A stretch of 64,000 bases of DNA from NCBI GenBank assembly GCA_048013815.1, contig CM106585.1:6572001-6636000 (forward strand). The letters are read 5' to 3'. The stretch comes from Setoptus koraiensis (lineage: Eukaryota; Animalia; Arthropoda). The number at the start of each line of letters is the position of its first letter. Within the stretch, counting starts at the first letter, position 1. The notes under the pieces were generated by a model that was given only the letters and a program-made list of their open reading frames with translations, had not been told where the DNA came from and made no database searches. The position numbers and the translations under genes are program-made. Of this stretch, positions 50,396 through 62,480 are shown one piece after another.

Positions 50396-52150
50396 CTAGA
50401 ACAACAACTAGAATTGACCATGTATTTTATATAATCCAATGTTCGAGCTATATATTCACCTCGGAGCCCGCCAATGGTCGAGCCGGGCGACGCCAAAACT
50501 CGCAAAATTGAGCGTTGAAACTGTCGCAAAATTGAGTGTCTCTCCTCTAAGGCTCACAGTCTTGTCAGCAAGGCGTATCAGTACGAAAAAGGGTAAGTTG
50601 CTGAGACGACCGTGTTTTGTGGCATGCTTGTGCCCGTACCCTAACACCCGACGGCTGCAGCGCAACCGCTGCGGACTGTGTGGGCGTGTTGCGCGGTGGG
50701 CTTGTGGCGCTGATCGAGCCGATAGTGTCACAGTTGATGGAAAGTGACAAGTTCAGCCTGGATGCCCCTCCAATAGTAATTGTTTTTGTTGTTGTCCGCT
50801 AGTGGGCCGCCAATTACCAGAGCTGTCAAGTCAATTACAACATGATTGCGCCGCTATAAAAGTGGCTAATTATCACAGTATTTATCGCGTCTGATCACGG
50901 ACGAGCGAGACGGAGATGGCAGTGGCAGTGGTTTGCATTTGCGACTGCACCAACACAAACAACTGACTGTGTAAACGACTAACGGTTTTGTTTAATTTAA
51001 TTAATTTCACAGGGCCGACAGTAACAGTGGCACGTTAGGCGCATGTAACACGTGCATGCCGAGAGTCAATTGTTTTAATATCAGTTATTCAATGGTATAA
51101 TGGCTGCAATAATAATGTAAACACGTGCCCAATATCACCTAATGGTACAATGCATAATGGGGCCGAGTGTCTGGCGCGCGCATTGTATCGGCGCCGATCG
51201 TCTAGACACTGTCTCAACTGATAGATTGTGTCGGTCAGTGGCGACTCGCCAGCCAAACCAGCCAGCCAACAATTACGTAATCGTGGCGCAAATCGGGCCA
51301 ATGTTGTAATTTTGAATCATGAGCTCGCATTGTGCAACCAGCATTACACAACTCAAGTAACATTACACAACTCAAGTTGCATTACAACTCAAGTTGCATC
51401 ACAACTAACGCTCGTGGCGCTCGTGGCGCTTGTAGCGACACAAGCGCCACGAGCGACGCCCTGGCGGCCGTTATTAATGGTCGTTGGACGGCGATATAGC
51501 GGCAACACAGCGCATTTATTTATAATGTAATTTATACGCAATAACACGCACACGCACACCGACACTTTGGTGGCGCTAATTTGATTAGCGGATCAAAGTT
51601 TGTTTGTTGCGCGCTTGTTCCGTTGCGCCATCTGTTACAGGAAGCACTTGCATCATAACAGTACAGTTACGTAAGTGACTCGCCACTTTCCCATATGACG
51701 CGCGACAATCATTGTATTCCGCTCTGGTGGCCATTTCGGCAAGCTCCTGTCGCTGTTGTCGCTGCTGTCGCTGTTGTCGCTGTTGCTGTAAGAGGCGCCG
51801 CCACGGGCAATCAATTGTTTGTATCAATTGCAAAATAATGCCAGTGAATTGACACAAACTGTTAAGTGGTATGTCATTTCTCAATGGCGCCCCTCGCGTG
51901 GCACATACTTGACATATTCATACACGAGTATACACTCAGTGGTCAGTGGTCTCAATGGCGCGGCCCTCGGGCGCGGGGGACCGGCCGTTGTTGCACAGTG
52001 TTTCGTTTGGCAATGACGTAACGTTCATATAGCCGCCATATTATAGTGAACGAGCGGGCCAACAACAACTCAATTGAGTTGGAGTGAGCAATCACATTGT
52101 GTCCAATCCAATCAACTTGATTGAATTCAGCCACCAAAGTCAACTGTGCC

Positions 52151-52220
52151 AAAATGCGCCAAAATGCGCCAGAATGCGCCGAAATGCGCCGAAATGTGCC
52201 AGAATGTGCCAAAACGTGCC
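52151..52220. repeat. 10-bp minisatellite (RAAATGYGCC-like)
   Basis: About 6 decaying tandem units. Confidence 0.85.
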
Positions 52221-53328
52221 CAACGAAACGGGGCTCCCCCCTTGGCAGCGTGGCCCGGGGCCAGTAAGTAAGTAAGCCGCCCCCACGAGCCTTTTAAGTC
52301 GATCGTGTGAGCACAATCGTAAGTGGGCCCCATTCACAATTGTCAGTCATGTCAGGTTGCGAGGCCGAGAAGAGGCCCCCGTGGAAATTGATCATCGCTA
52401 TTGTGTGGGCGTTTGGTGCTGCTTCGGGTGCGCGCACGTAGCCCGTGCACACATTGGGCAGCGTTAATATTGATAATAATAATTTAATAATTCATCATAA
52501 TGTACAATTGAATCATAAATTTGATAATTTAATATATTTAGCAATAATTACACAATTTAGAACACAAACAAAATGTACAATTTAATACAATTAACAATTT
52601 TTGGTGCTCTTGCACTCACAAGAGTGAGCGCGCGAGCGATAGAGTTGACGACCCACAGACTGTGAGTCACAGCGGACACTGACCACTCAGTAGTCTGACG
52701 CAATAGGCCCACAACACGTGACACTTGACTGGGCACTTAGTTGTACGAGCCTCGGCACAGGCGATCTTATGTAACAAACTCTCATGTGGGCAATCTCAAT
52801 CAATACTAATTAAGCTTAATTAATGCCCAGTGGTCAGTAACGGTTGCGCAAATCGCGCACAATTGTCGCAACAGCAGCAATACTCGACCGTCGCACAATG
52901 CGCCGTTTGTGGCCACTTGTTTGCGAGTGTCCGGCGGTGTTGTCCAATATTATCAATATATTGACTTCCTGTTTGGGGCCGCTGGTGGATCTAGCTCGGG
53001 CCGGCCGGTCTAGCTCTGGCCGCTTGGATGGGACCATCGTGTGTCAACCACGATGGTTTGTTTTTATTTGTCACGCCGCGCCATCTGGCGGCGCCCCCTC
53101 GCACAAACTGGTGGTTAACCCAAAAACTGGCAACCCAAAATAATCCTAACTAAGTATTCCCCGGGCGGCGCGCGCGTAGGTGTCAGTGCCAGTTGTTGCA
53201 CTGACCGACAAGAGATATGTGTTGCACTCAACCGGAAGCTGTGGACTAAACACCGATTATCCATTCTGGTCGTCGTCGCATGGGCTGTGTGTGTGGATAA
53301 TCGGCTTGCGTGTGTGTGTGTGTGCGTG

Positions 53329-54361
53329 TCACGTGGGGCCGTGCGTCCGCTGACCAGTGTGCGAGTGGGCCATTGAGAGGCCCTTGAGAGCGGTCGCATT
53401 AGCCGCTGGCGTTGGAGTTGTTGTGCCCGGTGATTTATGATCGGCTGCAAACGTTGTTTGCTTGTTGTTGTTGGTGTTGTTGTTGCTGTTGTTGCTACCA
53501 TTTGATTTACTAATGTGCCCATTATGATAGCGATCACAACAACAAATTTTGCCTTTGTCGCCGGCGCTGCTGTTATCACAATAGCCACTCGTGCGGCCAA
53601 TCTGCCTGTGCGTTGAGCCAAGACCAACAAATTGCAATTGTTTGCCGTTGCCAGTTGCCAGTTGCTGTTGTTGTTGCTGCTGTTGTTGTTGTCGTTGTTG
53701 TTGCTGTTGTCGTTGTTGTTGTTGCGACACTGACAGTTCGTCGCTATGCAATCCTCTCACTAGGGGGCTTGATTTATTCGTGCCTAGATCACTGCTCTGC
53801 TCACTAATGTCGTCGGAGTTGTTCGGATTATTGTTATTGTTGTTGGTGTTATTATTTTTGTTGCCGCTGCTGCTGTTGTTATCACCGGCCAAGGTGCAAC
53901 ATTGGGCATTGTTGTCGTTACTGTAAATCACAGCAGTGGTGCCGGCCTCGGGCCGGCACCTAATGGTGGAGCCCGGCTGACGGTGGCCGCTCGTGGGTGT
54001 TGCGGGCGCGGGGCAAAATGGATGGGACTGTTTGTTGTTGTTGTTGTTGTTGTTCGTAAGCGACGAACACGACGACGCCGGCGACGACGAGCCCGCCGAC
54101 GACAGCGACGAGTGGCTGCTCACCGACCACATCGAGTGGCTCTGGTGCAGCGAGCTACGCAACGAACCGGAAGAGGAACACGAATCGGGGCATGAGTCGC
54201 AATTGAAATAGCGACAATTTCGTTGGCGTTGTTGCTTGTTGGCTGCCACGTGCTTGCACGCACTTGTTGCCTGGAGATTGTGGCCGCCGCCGGCACAGTG
54301 GTAGCCGCTGTCGCAACTGCTTGCCTGACATTCGCGTGGTCGCTTGTTTTGCTGTTGTTGC

Positions 54362-54430
<69 letters not shown>

Positions 54431-57400
54431 AGTTGTTGTTGTTGTTGCTGCTGTTGCTGCTGTATCAGCGAACAGTGTTGGTCTCTGATGTCAACATGGG
54501 GCGCCGGTGCCTTGGCCTGCATTGCGTAGCCGCTGTTGAGCGACCCCAACGGCTGCTGGCTCACCTGAGACGACACAACCAAGGCGATGGAGTTGGAATC
54601 AACAAATGTCATATTGTCCATTGAGGCGCCCGTTGCATCGATTGCATCATCGTCCATCGAATGCAATCGCACACCATTCGCACCCGTCACTGGATCCGAT
54701 TGGTAGGTGGCGCCACCTGCCCCCGATGCAAGGCAGCCACTGTTGTTGTTGTTGTTGTTGTTGTTGTTGTAGTTACGCGCTTGTTGTGGGCCCGCGTCGT
54801 TCGAGAAGTGACCGCTCGCGGCGCCACAAGCGCCATTTGAGGCGCGACACAATGCAGCGCCCGCGGCGGCGGCACTTTCTAATGATGGCACGGCGTGATT
54901 CTTTGAGCAGTTCGGGGCGGCCTGGTCCGCCACTTCCGGTTTGGTGTCAAACGATAAGCGTTGGCATTGGCTGTTGAGAGTTATTGAGTTTTTATTGCTG
55001 CAATCGTGCTGTTTGTCGCCGCGGTTGTTGTTGCTGTTGTTGATGATGTTGTGGTTGTTGTTGTCGCTGTTGTTGCTGTTGTGGTTGTTGTTGTCGCTGT
55101 TGTTGCTGTTGTGGTTGCTGTTGTTGCTATTGTTGCTGTTGTGGTTGTTGTTGTTGCCACTGGCGGTGCTGTGACGCGATTCTTGGTCTTGGTTTTGACG
55201 GCGCTGACTGGTCGCATCCGAATCACTGTTAGGCTGCTGTTGTTGTGTTTGCTTCTGTTGTTGTTGTTGCTGTTGTTGTTGGTCGCCGGATGATGGCGGC
55301 TCATACGGAGGTGGATGTTGTTGCTGTTGATTATTTCGCTGGTTTTGCGACTGCCTGTGCTGATTCGGCTGCTGCTGGATCTGGTGCTGTTGTTGGTGCT
55401 GTTGTTGTTGCTGCTGCTGTTGGTGTTGTTGTTGTTGCAACAATTGATGTTGCTGCTGTTGTCGTCGTTTGTTCAATAGGGCAGTAAATGTTCTAGTGAA
55501 GCGCCTCTTGAAATTTTCACTCAAAAACGCATATAATATAGGATTAACGGCCGAGTTTGTATAGGACAAACATCCCGCCAATAATAGCAACACCAAACGC
55601 AACGGCGGATGAGAGCGCCTAGGCGGCAAAAAACTCACATATACCTGTCCAATCCAGTAGGGCAGCCAACAGAATGCGTAAACAGTTATGACGGCCAGCA
55701 CCAATTGAGTGACCTTCCTGTGTGACTTCTTTTTGCCCTTGCTTCTTTGGGTGCCTTTGGGGCCGAGGCCGCGCAATTTGCATAAAACTAAAAAGTAAAA
55801 CAACAATATAAGGCATAGCGGAACGGCGAAGCCCAACGTAAAAGAATACAAAGTAAACGCCTTTTCCCCGTTCATTGACTCGTATCTTTTTTCGTTGGTC
55901 GGATAATTTCGTCGTTGTTCGGGTCATTTCATTGTCGGTCGGGTAATTTCAGAACATGTCGTTTGTGTGATGCGCAACCAAGTTTTGTTAGATCGGGTTA
56001 GGTAGCCAGTTTTGATGTTGACATCGCCAGAGTTATAACCGTCCGACGGTGTGATTACGTAAGTGATGTTTGCGCAAGCCAGCATTCAATCACATACGCG
56101 CCCCGTGCAAACCAAGTGCCAACGAGCGCGCCCCAAAACAGCGCAGGGGGCCAACGGGAACAAACAAAGGGAACAGACAAAATTGTACCGTTAGCGGATG
56201 ATCGATGGGCTCGCTCTTATTGGTGTCGTGTTGGGCGATTTGCGGGCGCCCATTGCGGCCATATTTGTGTGCCGGCGCAGGTATGTCGGGCTCATTGCGG
56301 GCCGATATTGCGGGCCGATATTGCAGGCCGATATTGTTGTCAGATCGAACAACAGCATCGGCGGCGCGATAATACCGGCCCGACAATGCCGGCCCAACGA
56401 TGCCGGCCCGACAATGCCGGCCCGACAGCGCCGGCAGTGGCGCACAATAACGCCGAATGGAATAGCGGATGACGACAATACTCACTCGGGCCAGTAGATG
56501 TTGCAACTGTGCGTCGTCTTGTCGTCCGTGTTTGCGAATATGAACTGGTGAATTGATAATTGTTCGCGTGCCCATTTATCCGGGGTGATCCATCATGCAA
56601 TGGGCGCCATAATTGATTATGGGGGGTGAAAAGTCAGAGCGGCGGGCGTAATTAGCTTCAGTTTGCTGTTAGTTTGTTGGCACGCGACAATCAATCAGTC
56701 GCGTTTGCGTGAATCGTCAATGGCTGCGCAAGTCGCCAATATCGCAAATATATCGCCAATATCGCAAATATATCGCCAATATATGGGCGCAATAAACGGC
56801 CGCTAGGTGCACAATGGGTGCGCACCTAGCGGCACAGGTGACAATCGTCGGACAATTGTCAACAAACGGAACAAACGCCAGTTTGGCAAGCACTCACTTA
56901 AAGCGCAAATAAGCAGCCAAGCAGCAAGCAAAGTAGAGAGAGAGAGAGAGAGAGAGAGGGAAAAAAGAAAAAATAATAAAATACAATATTTGCGCCACCG
57001 CTGCCTGACAAAGTGGCCGCAACGGAAATGGCGGCGCTCGAGAGCGTGCCGAGTGGGGCTCGCCAGTTGGCGCTGTTGTTTTTACAGTTACAATACATGC
57101 TGGTACATCGCTGGTTATCATAACTGGCCCACTTTGCGACGCCCCCTATTGGGGCGCGCGTGTCGCTGAATTGATTGTGACTCTTTGTTTGTCGCAACGA
57201 CGGGCTAACGATACGATCGTGCCCGATATTTGCATATTCTTGCCCAAAACTCGCGTGGGCCCGTGCCAGTCGCGGCAGCGCCCCACTTGCGGCTTGGCAC
57301 AGGTGAATGGGATCGGGTGGGCAGACCCAAGAACAAAGGGGAGATAACTTATAAAAATTGCTGGCAACAAAAGCTGGCAAGAAGCCAACTAAGGGGCCCG

Positions 57401-60400
57401 ACAAGCGGCCCAGCGGAGATAATATCGGGGCGCATGGGGCAGCCGACAATGTGACAGTATCAGCAACATTATGCAACAAAAACAACAACAACGGCGCACA
57501 TAAATATTGTGTATAAATATTGGAACGCGGCGTAATCTTGGGGCCGTTATCGGCTGTGGGGCCGGTGGGCCGATTGCCGGTAGATGCGAGGGCGTTTGGT
57601 CAGCGCTTTGTGAGTCGCAAATTGTGACCGCATTGAATCCGCCAGCACAATCACTGGCAGCGCGAACTTGCGCCCCAATTCCGCTCGGTGGGCCCCAATG
57701 CGGGGCCCTAATGTGTCGCATTTTAGCAAAATGGCCACTCTATTTACTCATATCGCGCCCCCGTGTGACGCGTACGCGCTTGCCATTTAGGCAATCTGGG
57801 CCAGCGCGTATGAGCGCCTACAGACTGTGCAGCGCCGAGCACGTGCTAAAATACGCGCCAAAATACGTGCTGAACAGTACGTGCCAGTACGCCAGTGTAC
57901 TTACGATGGGCACCATGAGCAGGGCCGAGATGGCCCACACGGTCAAGCAGGTGAACTTGGCGATGAAGGGCGTCCTGAAGCGCGGCGACGATATTGGGTG
58001 ACACACCGCGATGTACCTGTCGGCGCTCATAACGGTGAGCAGCAGACTGGAGGTGAATTGATTTATCGACGTGGTGGTCATGTAAATCTGTTTGCGGCGC
58101 CACCGGGAAACATTGTTGATTGCGTTTGGTGCGTCGGTGGGTGGTTCGTTCGGATATTCGGTTATTCGGCCGGTCGGTCGTTCGTTCGGTTATTTGGCCA
58201 TTTTGTTGGCCGGTCGGTCGGATATTCGGTCATTCGGTCGGACATTCGGACATTCGGTTATTCGGTCGGTCGGATATTCGGGTTGGTTTGGGCGCCAATC
58301 GGCGTCACAGCGACGGGGAGAGCAGAGAATAACACGATTAGCGTGATGTGATTAATGGAGCCCAGACGGGCGCCGCTCGCTGCCGACCAACGCACCGGCC
58401 GACCGCTACTCACCTTGCACATAATCTTGCTGAAGGGCCAAAAGCCGTAGTTCATGGTGGTGATCAGAAATGGCAAGCCAATTAGGAAAAACTCGTCAGC
58501 GACGGCCAAATTTAATATGTACATATTGGTGACTGTTTGCATCTTTGTGCAACACAATATAATGGTAATCACCAGCGTGTTGCCAAACAGGCCCACGGTG
58601 CACACCACGCCGTACAAAATCTTGGCGAATTCGAGCACCCATTCGGGCGGCAACTCGCCCGTTTCCTCGTCCATGTTCGGGCCGGGCTCCGGGCTGCCGG
58701 CCGGGCTGCTCGGGCCCGCAATTGCATTAGTATTTTTGGCGTTATCGCCGCTCTTGTTCGTCTCACTGGTGCCGTTTGTGTAGTTGGCCAGAGTCGCTTG
58801 CACTTGACTGTCGGGCGCACTTGAGTCCGCGTTGCCCGTCTCAAGTGGCTGCTCGGCCGCCTCCGCCGACTCGCCACCCGGCCCCATGGTCGGCCCGTCC
58901 TCGTGGCGCCGGTGTCGGCCCGTCGGCACGCGTTCAGCTGCAGCATGACCGAGCGGCGGTTGGTTGTCGCTTCCACTTCCGGTTTGCTCGTCATCACTCG
59001 CCAATGGCCAGGGCCGCACAAATGGCACATGTGGTGGCACAGCTGTGGGCCGCCTGGCGGACAGATCGGCCGTCACCGTTGGTGTGTTTGTGGCCGAGCG
59101 CAAAGTTTCGGGTAACAGGTGACGGTAGTAGTACACGTAGTTGCCGCTTTGCATTGCCGAGTTGTCGCTGCTGTCGGTGCGGTTGTCGGTGCGGTTGTCG
59201 TTGCGGTTGTCGTTGCGGTTGTTGTTGTTGCTGGCGTTGAGGGGGCGCTGGCCAACTGGACGATGGGACACAAACAATAGATTGTCGTCAGCATTCACCT
59301 CGTTGGTCGCTCGCTGCTCGCGGGCCCCCTCAGCGAGCGCCCGCGCCCACAACGAGCGGCTCGAGCTGCCGTTACTCCTGCCGGGCAATACCTGCTGCTG
59401 CTGCTGCCGCCGTGACCACGACGATGTGGCCCACTGGTGGCCAAATCCGTCCTCGTCACCGGATGTGTGCAATCTGGCCATTGGAAGGTCTATTAAATTG
59501 AGCTGATGCATTTTAGCTCGCCTCGCCTGCGGATAATTGTCGTGCCACCGATGAGCGCCACTCTCAATCATTTGCTTATTTATCCGCTGGTGCGGCTGCA
59601 CTGCACTGTTTGTCGGGCTTGTTGTTGTTGTTGTTGTTGTTGTTGCTGCTGCTGCTACTGTGGTCGCTGTCTTGGCAGTATTGGTTGCGGAGGTGCTGGT
59701 GTCGCCGACAGTGGCGCCACCGTGCCACGGGGCTCTGAGGCTGTTGTTGATTGAATTAAGCGACACGAAGTCACTTAAAGCAGAAGAGGGCGGCGAAGAC
59801 CAGGGCGAGGACTTGATTGAAAATGGCTGGCGCCCATATGGGCCGAATGTGATTTGAGCTTGTGGTTGTAGCTGTTGTTGCAGCTGTGGTTGCAGTTGTA
59901 GCTGCAGTTGTTGTTGTTGTTGTTGTCGTTGTAGTTGTAGCTGTAGTTGTAGTTGTTGTTGTTGCTGCTGCTGTTGAGTGACGTAATCGGGACCGTCGGG
60001 CATGACAGTTGTACAAGTTGCTGTCGCTATCAATATCACCATATTATAAGACAAAACTACTATTGCCAGTTGTTGTTGCCTTGTCACATTCACAGGCCTA
60101 TTGGCCAGTGCGCTATTCACACTCATGTTTGTATTAGCATGTCTGCTGGCTACTTCCGCTTTGCCAGGCTCGCCACTAGAGGGCGGCGTGCGGTCAGCTG
60201 ACTTGCTGCTGTTGTTGTTGTTATCACTAATTATTGAATCTGGATGAATTTGGTTCAGATTGTTACTATTATTACATCTGTGTTGTCGTTGTTTTATTGT
60301 CAACTGTTTCTGTTCTGGAGTCGCTGGTGAATCTGTGAATATGCGACTCTCTAATGTTGTCGCCACTGACCATGCCCGCCGATTGTCCGACGGTGAGCGG

Positions 60401-60489
60401 TTTGGGGCCGGGGCCCCGGCGTTCGTCGGCGGAGGCCGCCGACGATGTTCGTGTTGCGGCATTTGGGCGCTAGTTGTCGACTTGTTCAT
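53329..60489 (-). CDS. AstC-R: Allatostatin-C / somatostatin-opioid-type class A GPCR, 4 exons, up to about 1,624 aa
   Basis: Exons 60489-58414, 58087-57905, 56544-56486 and 55885-53329. TM1 GLFGNTLVI, TM2 KMQTVTNMYILNLAVADEFFLIGLPF, TM3 SADRYIAVCHP, ECL2 SCNIYWPE, TM5 FTLYSFTLGFAVP, TM6 CWLPYW, TM7 YTNSAVNPILYAFLSENF. True start uncertain (ATG 60489 or 60126). Confidence 0.88.
58140..58282. repeat. TCGG/TTCG-based degenerate satellite in GPCR intron 1
   Basis: Repeated TTCGG/GTCGG/ATTCGG units fill much of the 326-nt intron. Confidence 0.8.
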
Positions 60490-62379
60490 GCAAATGCGCT
60501 GTTAGGTTGGGTCTATTCAGTGAACTTTTTGTTGTTGCTCTATTGTTGCTATTTTATTTTTTCTATAGGCGATAAAAGATAACAACCAGTTTGGGCTGCT
60601 GCTGTCGCTGTTGTCGCTGTTGTTGCTGTTGAGCACCACGTTGTTGGCCGCGAGCTGTTGTAACAAACACCGTTGTGGTCATCGCTGGCGGTGCCGCTGT
60701 CGATTATCTGTTGTTGTTCATTCGCGCCAAGCTGGCTGGCGCGCCCCTGGTGGCTGTGTAGAGCAGCACGAGTGGTGCGACCACCAACAATGTGCCGTTG
60801 CCTTGTTAGGCCAAAGTTGTGTCGTAATGTTGTCTCGCCGGCTAGCTAGCCAGAGTTAATGCACATTGCAATGCGTTCGCCCTGTTACTTGCGCACGTAC
60901 TTTTGTCTGTGTGTGTGTGTGTGTGTGTGTGCGTGTGCGTGCGCGTGTTACAATAAAAGCGCGTGTGCGTCCTCGTGTGCGTGTTGTCCGGACCGGAAGT
61001 CACTATTGAACTCAACTGCTATTGCTTTCACCTATTGTTTGGAGTTCAATGGAGCTGCTTTGCTTGCTGGCGCTTGTATTGTGTTGCTGTTGATGTTGTT
61101 GTCGCCCGTTGATCTTGCTACTGAGGGGCGAGGGGGGGCGCCATTGAGGAGTTGCCGTTGTGGAACAAGTTGCGCAATTGGCAACATTGGTGCATAGTTA
61201 AGTGATGAGAGTGGGGCGACACAAGAAGATTGGGGGTCGGGCGGGGGGGTGGCGGCAAGAAGTAGCGGTGAGGAAATTGAATTAAAATGAGTGAATTACG
61301 TGAATTCTCGTCTTGTTGTTGTTGTTGTTGTTTGCGTGTGCATGTGCGTGTACGTGTGTTGTGCGTGTGCGCGTGTTGTGCGTGTGCGCGTGCTGAGCGT
61401 GTGCCGCTCGTGTGCGTGTGTGTGTGTGTGTGTGTGCAAGAGCAAGTTTCAATTTGCGTGAATAGCGAGCAAGTTTTATTTAATCTTGACATTTGATCAT
61501 GAGGCGGCGGCACTTATACCCGTCGCATAGTGTCATTCATTGGCGTTGTTGCTGCACGCCAGCTCACCTGTGCGTTGCTCTACGCCAGCTCACCTGTACC
61601 TGTGTTGCTGCACCTGTGTGTTGTATGGACCTTACATAGATATTACATAATACACATAATACAATATTGTGTAATTTGTATTATTGCGTAATAATATTCA
61701 CCATGTCATACGGTGCGACGATGCCGCTGTCATTGTTGTTGAGTTATTCATAAAAATTACTGTTTAGTTAATACAAGTCAGCCTGTCGACGGCAGTTTGT
61801 CGCGCCGACAAGTCAGTCCGACTTGTCAGTTTGTCGCGTCCGAGGCGACTCAGGCCCGCGCTCGCTGCTGATTCGGGGGCCCCGACTGGTTGACGGTGAG
61901 GCTAGGCGAGCTCGCAAACTGTTTCGCTGTGTCCGACCGGTCGCCTCGCGGCGCCCAGGTGAACTGCTGTGTGAACTATCGGACTGCCGCGCTGTCGGAC
62001 CGTCGCGCTGTCGGACCGTCGCACTATCGGAATGTTGCACTGTCGAAACGATGCCAAAAGCCACTCGGCATCATGTTGGCGGGCTGACGATACAGTATGG
62101 CTACTGCTGCTGCTGCTGAACTGACGCACCAAATGGCGCACTGTTTGCGGGGCCCCTCGCTATCGAATGGATGATCGGAGTTGCTCGAGTGTGTAATTGC
62201 CAAATAATTGGGCATAATTCTCGTCGCTGGCGCACGAGCCAAGCTTACAAACTGTTATATTTTCGCTTGATTGAACTTTATAAAATGACAAGCACGGCGA
62301 CATAACTAGCTCTATTATCGCCTCGATGGGCCCGCCGTGTCTTGGCAAAACTTGCGCCCCACAACCGGCGCACGATGCG

Positions 62380-62480
62380 CATGAATATTTGCGCATGAAT
62401 ATTTGCGCATGAATATTTGCGCGAATATTTGCGCGGATATTTGCGCGGATATTTGCGCGGATATTTGCGCGGATATTTGC
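62380..62480. repeat. 12-bp minisatellite (GCGCRKRATATTT-like)
   Basis: About 8 tandem units. Explains the ANIRANIR ORF. Confidence 0.9.
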
